From NCBI GenBank assembly GCA_001600695.1, contig BCKQ01000004.1, positions 145,608-209,607 of the forward strand: a stretch of DNA of 64,000 nucleotides, written 5' to 3'. This document shows, piece after piece, positions 1 through 10,116 of this stretch; the first letter of the stretch is position 1, and the number at the start of each line of letters is the position of its first letter. The notes under the pieces were generated by a model. The model saw only the letters and a list, made by a program, of their open reading frames with translations, was not told where the DNA came from and searched no databases. The position numbers were made by a program, and so were the translations under genes. Source of the stretch: Ascoidea asiatica JCM 7603. Lineage: Eukaryota; Fungi; Ascomycota.

Positions 1-2
1 AG

Positions 3-2771
3 TCAGAATCCCATCATATTTATCAGTCAAGAACTGCTAATACTGTTGCCAAATTTGTTTCCACTCTCCATTTATTAGGTAAAACTAATGTTTCAGATAA
101 AATTTTGAAGAATTTGTCAGCTTTTCTATGTTGTGATACTTCTGAGGTCCCAGAATTTGAACCTAATAAATCATTTACTAAAAATATTCTTTCATTAAGA
201 AAGGAAGAAGCAAAAACTGATCCTGTGGATATTGTAGAACATGAGAAAGCTGCTTATGCTGCTAAAGTAAAAAGACAGGGAGCGAAATTTGCTTTAGAGA
301 GTATCCTTGAACTTTTTGGGGATGAGTTATTCACAACGTCTCCAAAACTTAAGGATATAATATTAAAACCTTTGTCTTATTTGTCAACTAATTCACCTCC
401 AGTTAATTTTAACGATGCTCGAGTATCTCAATCAATAATAGATTCTTTTGGTATTATTCGTTCTCTATTGCCTAATTTAACAGAAAATATTATAAATAAT
501 GAGATTGTTTCTGTTTTACCTCTTATATCTCAAGGATTGAAAGCACGTTATTCTGTATTTCGATATTCTGCTTCTAAGTGCTTTGCTTCATTATGTGCTA
601 TGATTCCTTCTAAAGCCGTACCATTTTTAGTCAGATCAATTCTTCCCTCACTCAAAAACTCTGGACTGATAACCGATAGGCAGGGAGCAATTGAATGTAT
701 TTATCATTTATCTAATACAATGGGAATGGACATTTTACCTTATTTGGTTTTTTTAATTGTTCCTGTAATGGGTAGGATGAGTGATTCTGATAATGACATC
801 CGTCTACTTGCTACTACAACATTTGCCTCTTTGATAAAACTAGTTCCTTTGGAAGCAGGTATCCCTGATCCTATAGATATGCCTAAGGATTTGCTAGAAG
901 GAAGAGAAAGAGAAAGAGAATTTATTAAACAGATGATGGACCCTTCAAAAATTGATCCTTTCGTTTTACCTGTTGCAATAAAAGCAGAATTGAGACATTA
1001 TCAGCAGGAAGGGTTAAATTGGTTGGCTTTTTTAAACAAATATCACTTACATGGTATTTTGTGTGATGATATGGGTCTAGGAAAAACTTTACAAACAATA
1101 TGTATCGTTGCTAGTGATCATTATTTTAGAGAAAAAAAATTTGAAGAGACAAAAGCTGAGGAATATAGAAAATTACCATCTTTAGTTGTTTGTCCTCCGT
1201 CAGTTTTAGGCCATTGGGAACAAGAAATAAAACAATACGCTCCATTCTTGACTGTTTTAGTGTATGCTGGAAATCCCCAAGCAAGAAGTGGTTTAACAAG
1301 CAAAATAGATAAAGTCGATATAGTTGTAACATCGTATGATGTTACCCGTAATGATTCTCAAATTCTTTCCGAGCATTGTTTCAATTATTGTATATTAGAT
1401 GAAGGTCATTTGATTAAAAATTCTACAACCAAATTAACCAAATCTGTGAAAATGATTGCAGCAGAGCATCGATTAATTTTATCAGGTACCCCAATACAGA
1501 ATAATGTTTTAGAATTATGGTCATTATTTGACTTTTTGATGCCAGGATTTCTTGGAACAGAAAAGGTATTCCAAGAAAAATTTTCTAAGCCAATTGCTGC
1601 AAGTAGAAACAGTAAGGCTTCTTCTAAAGATCAAGAAAGAGGAGCTTTAGCTATGGAAGCTTTACATAAACAAGTTTTGCCATTTATGCTCAGAAGATTG
1701 AAATCAGAAGTTCTTTCAGATCTTCCACCTAAAATTATTCAAGATCGTTATTGTGAACTAAGTGATTTACAAAAGGAATTATATAAGGACTTTTCTGCTA
1801 CTCAAAAAAATATTGTTGAAGAAGGTTTAAATAATACAGAAGAGCTTGAGTCAGGTAAGAAGACTCATATTTTCCAGGCATTGCAATACTTGCGAAAATT
1901 ATGTAATCATCCAGCTTTAGTTTTGACGAAAGATCATCCAAAATATAAACAAATGGAATATTATCTAAAAGCAAAGAAAATGGATTTACATGATTTACGA
2001 CATGCTCCTAAATTAGTTGATTTACAAAACTTATTATTGGAGTGTGGAATTGGAACAACTCCTCTAAACAAGGGTATGCAAGAACAAGAATTGATAGCAG
2101 ATGGAGTTATCAGTCCACATAGAGCTTTAATTTTCTGTCAATTGAAGGATATGTTGGATATGGTTGAGAATGATTTATTTAGAAAGTATATGCCTTCTGT
2201 TTCGTATATGAGGCTTGATGGTAGTACTGATCCTAGAGATAGACAAAAAATCGTCCAAAAGTTTAACTCTGATCCTTCTATAGATGTTCTTTTATTGACT
2301 ACTAGAGTAGGTGGTCTTGGTTTGACACTTACTGGTGCAGATACAGTTATTTTTGTTGAACATGATTGGAATCCTATGAATGATTTACAAGCTATGGATA
2401 GAGCTCATAGATTAGGGCAAACCAGGACAGTCAATGTATTTAGATTGATTACTAAAAGTACATTAGAAGAAAAAATTATGTCTTTACAAAAATTTAAGGT
2501 GAATTTGGCATCTGCAATTGTAAATCAGCAGAATACAAATTTAACATCTATGGATACAAATCAATTATTGTCGTTGTTTGAGGTCGATGAATCACAAGCA
2601 GATGTTTCTGAAGTAAAAGATGAAAAAGATTTAGAATCTAAGACTGTAGAAGATGTTGCTTTAGGGGAGAAAGCAAATTCTGCTGCTCTCGGAGAACTAG
2701 CCGAATTATGGGATGAATCTCAATATGAAGAAGAATATAATCTTGATACTTTCATAAAAACTCTTCGATAG
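3..2771 (+). CDS. MOT1: Mot1, TBP-associated Snf2/Swi2 ATPase (5'-partial; frame is open from window start)
   Basis: HEAT-repeat region followed by Snf2 motifs GILCDDMGLGKTLQT, DEGH, SGTPIQNN and QAMDRAHRLGQ; Mot1-typical C-terminus LWDESQYEEEYNL. Confidence 0.97.
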   Translation, partial: SESHHIYQSRTANTVAKFVSTLHLLGKTNVSDKILKNLSAFLCCDTSEVPEFEPNKSFTKNILSLRKEEAKTDPVDIVEHEKAAYAAKVKRQGAKFALESILELFGDELFTTSPKLKDIILKPLSYLSTNSPPVNFNDARVSQSIIDSFGIIRSLLPNLTENIINNEIVSVLPLISQGLKARYSVFRYSASKCFASLCAMIPSKAVPFLVRSILPSLKNSGLITDRQGAIECIYHLSNTMGMDILPYLVFLIVPVMGRMSDSDNDIRLLATTTFASLIKLVPLEAGIPDPIDMPKDLLEGREREREFIKQMMDPSKIDPFVLPVAIKAELRHYQQEGLNWLAFLNKYHLHGILCDDMGLGKTLQTICIVASDHYFREKKFEETKAEEYRKLPSLVVCPPSVLGHWEQEIKQYAPFLTVLVYAGNPQARSGLTSKIDKVDIVVTSYDVTRNDSQILSEHCFNYCILDEGHLIKNSTTKLTKSVKMIAAEHRLILSGTPIQNNVLELWSLFDFLMPGFLGTEKVFQEKFSKPIAASRNSKASSKDQERGALAMEALHKQVLPFMLRRLKSEVLSDLPPKIIQDRYCELSDLQKELYKDFSATQKNIVEEGLNNTEELESGKKTHIFQALQYLRKLCNHPALVLTKDHPKYKQMEYYLKAKKMDLHDLRHAPKLVDLQNLLLECGIGTTPLNKGMQEQELIADGVISPHRALIFCQLKDMLDMVENDLFRKYMPSVSYMRLDGSTDPRDRQKIVQKFNSDPSIDVLLLTTRVGGLGLTLTGADTVIFVEHDWNPMNDLQAMDRAHRLGQTRTVNVFRLITKSTLEEKIMSLQKFKVNLASAIVNQQNTNLTSMDTNQLLSLFEVDESQADVSEVKDEKDLESKTVEDVALGEKANSAALGELAELWDESQYEEEYNLDTFIKTLR

Positions 2772-3018
2772 ACGTTCTTTTATTATATGTTTAATATGTT
2801 TATGTATATTATACTAATTTTTTTTTCAAAAAAATTCACTTTTGTTATTATTTGGGTAGGCTTAGGTATATATGTTAGTTTATATGAAAAAAATATATTT
2901 TTTTTTAATTTTAATCGAATTGTTTTCATAAAATTGTTTTATTGTATCTCTTATAAAGGATTCAGATAATTTTTTGAAGTATTTGTAAAATTTGGCGTTA
3001 TTCAAATTACACCATTAA

Positions 3019-3690
3019 TCAAAGCAAACTTAAAGCCTTTATAGTTCCTTCAACAATAGCAATGTGCTCAACTCTATGAACCCTATTTTCATAATCTGCT
3101 AGTGATTCTCCAACAATGAGATCTATTTCTTTAACCAAAAGAGGCTTTCCTCTATCTACTTCCTGTATTACATTATGAATCATAACACCGCCTTTTGTAA
3201 TTAAACCATCTTGGCCTGCCTTCCAGCATCTGTCAATAGCATGCGTTCCATCGAAAGCACCTGGTAGAGCTGGATGCAAATTAATGATAGGAATCTTAGC
3301 TTTTTCTAATGGGGATAAAAAACTGGAGGAAAGTATGAGCATCCATCCTGCGCACACAATCAAATCAGGTCTTGAATAGCCTTCAATTGGAGATTCTGCT
3401 TTTGTAGAACCATACAAAATTAAATTTGCTAAATCATGGTTGAACCTTTCTCTGGAAGCTCGTCTTCCAGCTTTATCTTCCTTTGGAATGTTAACATAGT
3501 AATCCTTCAATTTGTGAACTTTTGAATGGATTCCAGACTTGGAAGCCCTTTCCAATCCAAAAGCCTTGGGAGAAGAACTAATAACCTCAGTTATATCTGC
3601 TTTGATATCACCTTTATTAGCCGCATCTATTAAAGCTTGCAAATTGGAACCATTTCCAGAGATCAAAACAGTTATATTTGGTAATGACAT
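3019..3690 (-). CDS. ADE8: Phosphoribosylglycinamide formyltransferase
   Basis: VLISGNGSNLQALID, INLHPALPG and EVDRG motifs. Confidence 0.97.
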   Translation of the reverse strand: MSLPNITVLISGNGSNLQALIDAANKGDIKADITEVISSSPKAFGLERASKSGIHSKVHKLKDYYVNIPKEDKAGRRASRERFNHDLANLILYGSTKAESPIEGYSRPDLIVCAGWMLILSSSFLSPLEKAKIPIINLHPALPGAFDGTHAIDRCWKAGQDGLITKGGVMIHNVIQEVDRGKPLLVKEIDLIVGESLADYENRVHRVEHIAIVEGTIKALSLL

Positions 3691-4174
3691 ACTTGAAAAA
3701 AGTGTTAATAAATCCTAGAGATAATTAATCAATAAGAACGATGATCATTGTTCTCCATTTTCCTTTTAAAATTAAGAGTTATAGTGTTTTTTTCATCATA
3801 ATAATCTCTTCAGGAAATTTTATTTCGGTCTCACAGATTTTACTATTAAAGTTTGATTGGTGGTTAGGTTAGGGCTATTTAATTTAAGAATTACTACAGG
3901 AAAGGGCTCTAACGGCCGATGTTATTTTTATTGACAAAACTCTTCTGCAAAACCATCTTTCGTCATTGAAAGAATTAGTTTGAACCTTTTTTTTTTTTCT
4001 ATTCTCTGGTCAATTGATACGTATTTATCTAAAATTTTGAATTTGCTTTTTTCTTAAATATTTGATGGATGCTTAACAGCTAGTTAAATTTTAGTTTCTA
4101 GCCAATAATATAGATTAACTAATATTCAACTTTACTTTTCATTGCTCCACAATCTCAAAATTTCAATACTAATA

Positions 4175-5851
4175 ATGATAAATAACAAGAAAATAAAGAA
4201 AAAGAAGCTAAAAAGTTCAATTATAAATTTGGATCAGAAGAAACAAGTATCTTTGTCTGCAAATTCAGTATTTTGTAATTCTCCATGTTATGAGTTTTTC
4301 TCTCTTTTCAAATCAGTGCAGAATCAATGGGTTATAAAATATATTGTGATAATTTTCGCAATACTAATTAGAAGTGCAGTTGCCTTAGGTTTTTACAGTG
4401 GTTTAAATACACCACCAATGTTTGGTGATTTTGAGGCTCAGAGACATTGGTTAGATATGACTGTGAATATTCCAATTTCAAAATGGTATTATTATAATCT
4501 AGATTATTGGGGTCTCGATTATCCCCCATTAACTGCTTATCATTCTTATATTTTAGGTTTAGTTGGAAAATGTTTGTATCCAAAATGGTTTCAACTAGAT
4601 ATAACCAATGGAATTGAAAATAATGATTTGAAATCTTTTATGAGGTTCAGTGTATTGTCATTTGATATTTTAGTATATTTTCTTAGTGTTTTATTATACT
4701 TAAATTTTTTCTTTAGAACTGATAAAAAAAATTCAACAAAAAGATCTCAAGATTTGAAAAGCATTGTACCATTGAAAAAAGAAATATCTCTAATTTTAAT
4801 ATTATTTCAACCTAGTTTGATTTTAATTGATCATGGTCATTTTCAATATAATAATATTATGCTTGGATTGGTTTTATTATCAATAGTATGTCTCTTAAAT
4901 GATCACCTTTGCTTTGGTTCATTTTTTTTTATTTTGGCAATTACATTCAAACAAATGGCATTATATTATTCCCCTTTCATTTTTTTTTATATTTTGTCAT
5001 TAACTTTCAATCCCTTTCAATCTAGATTAAAAATCATCAAATTATTTGGAGTAGCTTTAACTGTAATATTTACCTTAATTGCTGTATATTTGCCGTTAAT
5101 TTTATCTAATTCTTCTCTATTAGATGGACTTCTAGTGGTTAAACAATCTCTTATACGAACATTTCCTTTTGAAAGAGGATTGTTTGAAGATAAAGTAGCT
5201 AATTTTTGGTGTGTTACAAATATTTTAATAAAATATAAATCTTTATTCACTTTGGAACAATTGAAAACATTTTCGTTAGCTCTTACACTCTTATCAATTT
5301 TGCCAAGCTGTCTATTAATATATTTTTATCCTAGAAAAATAATTTTGCTTGGAGGTTTTGCTTCATGTGCATGGGGCTTTTTCTTTTTCTCATTTCAAGT
5401 TCATGAAAAAACAGTATTATTACCATTACTACCAACTACATTACTTTTAACTAATATAAATGATAATGAAATTTTTAAAATGGTTAACTGGATAAATAAT
5501 ATTGCTTTATTTAGTTTATGGCCTTTACTAAAAAGGGATGGTTTAGGACTTCAATATTTTGTTATGGGCTTTTTCTGTAATTGGTTATTTGGTAATTTGA
5601 AAATTAAAACTTTAGTACACTCTTTTAAATTATTGGGAAAAAATTTTTTTACAAAACAATGGATCCTTAATATAGTTATTATATCATCTTCACTAGTAGC
5701 TTTGTTATTACATTTAATTGAATTTGTTATGATGCCACCAAAAAATTTACCAGACTTATGGGTAATAGGGAATATTACACTAAGCTTTATGTGTTTCATA
5801 TTTTTTTGGATATGGCTTAATCTAAGCTTAATGAAAATGAGAAACGAATGA
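4175..5851 (+). CDS. ALG6: Dol-P-Glc:Man9GlcNAc2-PP-Dol alpha-1,3-glucosyltransferase
   Basis: PPMFGDFEAQRHW, YWGLDYPPLTAYHS, DHGHFQYN, RGLFEDKVANFWC, FQVHEK; first in-frame ATG at 4175. Confidence 0.95.
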   Translation: MINNKKIKKKKLKSSIINLDQKKQVSLSANSVFCNSPCYEFFSLFKSVQNQWVIKYIVIIFAILIRSAVALGFYSGLNTPPMFGDFEAQRHWLDMTVNIPISKWYYYNLDYWGLDYPPLTAYHSYILGLVGKCLYPKWFQLDITNGIENNDLKSFMRFSVLSFDILVYFLSVLLYLNFFFRTDKKNSTKRSQDLKSIVPLKKEISLILILFQPSLILIDHGHFQYNNIMLGLVLLSIVCLLNDHLCFGSFFFILAITFKQMALYYSPFIFFYILSLTFNPFQSRLKIIKLFGVALTVIFTLIAVYLPLILSNSSLLDGLLVVKQSLIRTFPFERGLFEDKVANFWCVTNILIKYKSLFTLEQLKTFSLALTLLSILPSCLLIYFYPRKIILLGGFASCAWGFFFFSFQVHEKTVLLPLLPTTLLLTNINDNEIFKMVNWINNIALFSLWPLLKRDGLGLQYFVMGFFCNWLFGNLKIKTLVHSFKLLGKNFFTKQWILNIVIISSSLVALLLHLIEFVMMPPKNLPDLWVIGNITLSFMCFIFFWIWLNLSLMKMRNE

Positions 5852-5979
5852 TTGTGGAAAAAGTAGAAATCTTTTTTTTTTTAATTTTGTCTATATACTA
5901 TTACGTTATATTGATATTATACTCTAAATGCAAGAAAATTAGGAGAGAAAATAGTTAAGACTGAAAAAAAAATATGTAA

Positions 5980-7466
5980 CTAATTATTAGTTGATTCATA
6001 GTGTTTAACTCTTTGCAAAATTACACGAATCATTTCATTTCCAACTTTATTTGCTTCAATAAAATTTTCTCTGAAGAAATTTTGGGTTTTTTCAAATTCT
6101 TTTTGATAAGATTTGAAATCTTTATTTCTAACAATTTTACTCCAACTTCTAGCAGCAATAACAAATTCTAAATCGTCATGTCTGAAAGAAGTATCATCAA
6201 CAGCTACAGAAATGCATTCTTCAAGTAGTCCTGGTGTTGAAAATAGATATTCAGTAACACCTAAAAAAATTCTAAATAAAGGAGTTGAACAAATAATATG
6301 ATCATACGGGAATATACCTAATTGTGACCAAGAATCAACGATTGCAAGTAAAGATAAATGGGAATTTGCTTTTTTTGGTCCTGGAGGAATTTTTGATAAA
6401 GAATATTGATCTAATAATTGGTCATCAAGTAATAAATTTTTTTGTTTATTTGAATTAATTATATGACCAAAAATTTTTTGTCTTGCATTAATCAAACGAT
6501 CAAATAAAAGCTTTTTATTACCTTGAATCATTAAAGTAAATAAATCTGTTACAGAAGTTGCATATTGTAAAATTTGATTATGAGCTGATTGATTTGTTAT
6601 TGCTAAACCAGCATAAACATGCCATTTATTTGAATAAATTCTCATTGAAATATTAATTTTAGCATTTTCAATACCACCAACCCATTTTTGAGTTAACCAT
6701 GGATATAATTTAATATTTTTCCAAGCAGTACCCATACTCAAAAAAGCAGCATGGGTTACAGCTTGAGTATCAGCGGTAATTTTATCATGATCATTAGCAG
6801 ATAAATAAACAATTTTTGAATTTAAACAAGATATTAATGATTTAATAAAATTCAAATCATTTTTATTTGATTTATGATTAATTATAACTAGAGGTTGACC
6901 AGTTGAATCAACTTTTGGACCATGTAAAGAATGTAAAGAAATGATTTTAGTATCATTTGGTAAATATTTTTCAAAAGCATTTATTTCAGGAGCTTTGCAA
7001 GAAGTCTGACCGCCAACAATTGAACCAACTTTTGTTGAAGGACCATAAAGTTTAACAATACTATCGATATTTTCAGCTTCAACAGAATATATAACGTAAT
7101 CCGAAATTCTTGAAACTAAAAAACCATTTTCAAGAAATTTGAATTTTTCATTTGAATAAAAATCTTTTAAAGAGTCATATTTATCAGGTCTATCGCATCC
7201 TACTACACTTAATTGTTAAAAGCCAAAAAAATAAAAAAAAAAAAGAAAAGAAGAATAATAGAAGTTAGAAAGAAGTTTATAACTATGATTTATTGATTTG
7301 ATCAAAATACAAGAAGTATATGAAACTAAACATACTTCCAACCATTTTCGGAGAACTTTCGGGCATATAAATAACCCATATCACCAAGGCCAATTATTCC
7401 AATTGTTTTTACTTTCTTCAAAATATCCATAGTCTCCATAGTCTCCATAGTATCAACCATATCCAT
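5980..7466 (-). CDS. TYR1: Prephenate dehydrogenase; exons 7466-7336 and 7207-5980
   Basis: Exon 1 encodes Rossmann motif IGIIGLGDMG; splicing gives GWN/VVGCDR in frame with the downstream ORF (HDKITADTQAVTHAAFLSMG). Confidence 0.93.
7208..7335 (-). other. Spliceosomal intron of TYR1 (128 nt)
   Basis: GTATGT donor, TTCTAAC branch-like site (7270-7264), U-rich tract, AAG acceptor; only this acceptor restores the frame. Confidence 0.88.
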
Positions 7467-8099
7467 AATTGAAAAGGTTATTTAAAAAAAGACATTTATT
7501 TGATTTATATCTTTATTTTGATATTTTTCAATGTTCAATCTTTCTTCAGTATTTATATTTTATCTTCAATTTTATGTCTTAACTGACAAACTCAAAAATA
7601 AAATTATTTTATCACGGGTACTTACGTAATAATATATTTAATAGCCACATGCACCATCCACATCTTTTCCCTCCTGCCTTTGTTCAGCCACCTAAATACG
7701 CCACGTTAATCCGCCTTTGAAGTTCAGAGCCTGCCCCAACCCCAGTCTGATTTTGTTTCTTTTCTTTTCTATTCTTTTCTTTTTCCTGCTTTGCTTGATT
7801 GAATCTGATTTAGTTTAGCTTTGCTTTCCTTTGATTTGGGTTGGGCTGGGTTGGTTTGATTGATTTGGGTGTGGGCTCACTTCAGTCCTCGAGATCTCTT
7901 TCCGGCACAGTAATAACTATGAATTACTGTGCTCTAATCGCTATCACAAATCAAAGCAACGAAATATCAATTTACTGCTTCCATAAAAGTTATAATTATA
8001 ATATTATTAATACTGTATTATAATTAATTGTATCATAATTAACAAATTTCAGTTAATAAATTTGACATAAAAATCAATTCATAAGTTATTAATTACAAA

Positions 8100-8843
8100 A
8101 TGGGTTCTTGTCTTAAAATAACTAAACTTATTGGTATTGGGTCTTTAGGAATTTTAGCTGGTTCATTTTCATATCCTTTATTTTCTAAAGATATTTTTTC
8201 AAATGATCTAAAAGATTTAATTATATTAAAAAAAAAATTAAATCCTATTATTTCAGTTTTTCAAAAATTAATATTATCGTTAGGCTTTTCTGCTGCTTCA
8301 TTATTTGCTCTTGCTTTTTTTAAAGCTCCAAATTTTGCTCGTCATCCTTATCTTTTATACACTTCAATCTCAACTCAATTAGCTTTAGCTTTTTATTATT
8401 TGAAAACTAAACCAATTGAAGATAAATTATTGAAGAATTTCTATTCTATTAATTCCATTCCTTTAAATAACTCAAATACTTCAATTAAAAAGAAAACTCC
8501 TAAATCTATTAAAAAAAATATTATAAATAATGAAGAACCTTCAGATTTAGATAAATCAGGATTTTTAAATTTAAAGCCTACTGAAGTTTCTGAAATTGAT
8601 TATTCATCTGAAAATCAAAATCAAAATATACAATCTACTACCGAGAATAACAATAACAATAATATTGATAAAGATGATGATAATGATAAAATTCAAGTTG
8701 AAAATGAAATTAATAATTCAATTTATAAAGCTTCAACAAAACTATCTTTAAAATCTCTTAAAACTTCTTATATCACATTGACTTCTATTATCTCTTTTGC
8801 TTTAACAATATCAATAATTGGAATTTCTGGTGACAAAAGTTAA
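8100..8843 (+). CDS. ATG33: Atg33/Scm4-family mitochondrial outer-membrane protein
   Basis: N-terminal KLIGIGSLGILAG, APxxARHPYLLY motif, hydrophobic C-terminus ending IGISGD. Confidence 0.75.
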   Translation: MGSCLKITKLIGIGSLGILAGSFSYPLFSKDIFSNDLKDLIILKKKLNPIISVFQKLILSLGFSAASLFALAFFKAPNFARHPYLLYTSISTQLALAFYYLKTKPIEDKLLKNFYSINSIPLNNSNTSIKKKTPKSIKKNIINNEEPSDLDKSGFLNLKPTEVSEIDYSSENQNQNIQSTTENNNNNNIDKDDDNDKIQVENEINNSIYKASTKLSLKSLKTSYITLTSIISFALTISIIGISGDKS

Positions 8844-8933
8844 ACATTTTAATAATATATATATAAATATAAATACATATAATTAACTAATAAATTAATC
8901 AAATTCTCAAAAAGAAATACTTAATGTAATGTA

Positions 8934-9692
8934 TTATCCAGAAATATCTGTTTGAACATTAAATGTAACTTGTCCAAATTTACCAATTTCAAATGTAACT
9001 GATGAATCAATTGCAAGACTTGATAAAATACCTCGAATTATACCACTTGGTATCCATATATAACTTTTAATTTTATTCTTAGTTTTTATTTCATTTTCTT
9101 CATTATTATTTCTAAAAAAACTTGTTGACATATTATTAATCATTTGAAATTTATTATCAATTAAAACAAATGTACCTCTATGATTAGTTCTTAAATTATC
9201 CATTTGTTTACCATATAAAACTCTCCAAACATCTCTACAAATAAATTTCATAATATTTAAAATATCTAAATTATTACCATTATTACCATTACCTTTCGAA
9301 ATCAAATTTAAATTATTATTATTAATTTGAAAATTTAAAAGTTCTCCCAATCTAATTCCAATTGAAAATCCATAATTTTCAATTCTAAAAATTACATTTT
9401 CATTATTGATATCTTCGCTTTCTAGTACTTCAATACCTCCATGATGATTTATAATATCTTCTAAAATTTGTCTTTTATTTTCTTTTCCTTCTTTTATTTC
9501 TTTTACTTCTTTTCCTGGACTTATTGGTAATTGTTTATTGTTTTTATTATTTGAACTTGTAAATGTAGAAGAATATTCAACTTCTTTATTAAGTTTTTGT
9601 GTTATTCTAATTGACAATGGAACAATTTCAAGTAGAAGTAATTCCAAACACGTAGAGTTAACTTGATTTTCTCCAGATGATGACAAACTCAT
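8934..9692 (-). CDS. TRS33: TRAPP complex subunit Trs33
   Basis: IMKFICRDVW..LYGKQMDNLRTNHRGTFVLID, GIIRGIL. Confidence 0.93.
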   Translation of the reverse strand: MSLSSSGENQVNSTCLELLLLEIVPLSIRITQKLNKEVEYSSTFTSSNNKNNKQLPISPGKEVKEIKEGKENKRQILEDIINHHGGIEVLESEDINNENVIFRIENYGFSIGIRLGELLNFQINNNNLNLISKGNGNNGNNLDILNIMKFICRDVWRVLYGKQMDNLRTNHRGTFVLIDNKFQMINNMSTSFFRNNNEENEIKTKNKIKSYIWIPSGIIRGILSSLAIDSSVTFEIGKFGQVTFNVQTDISG

Positions 9693-10116
9693 TCCTTTTT
9701 TATTCTTTTTTTATTTTTTTTTATGTCTTTTTCTTATTATTATATACTATTCAATCATTTATTTAAATTATATATTTGATATAATAATTTATAATTCTTT
9801 GATGAAATAAACCCTTGAACAACTGATAAAAAAGTTAACTGTTACCGTAACATTCAATAACTTAATTTCATTACGTTTACGGAATAAATAAAATATTACG
9901 TAAAACTTTTATTTTCAACCGGGAACTAAAATATTCTCGATAAAGCTAGATTGATTTTGAAGGTTTTATTGAATTTTGATTTCTCATAATTTTTTTTCTA
10001 AAACTTCAAATTTCAATAACTAAAATTAAGAATATCAATAACTTTATTTGTTATTTGAATACTTCTAAAAACCACTGAATATAAATTTATCCCTTTTGTA
10101 TATATTTAAAAATTTA

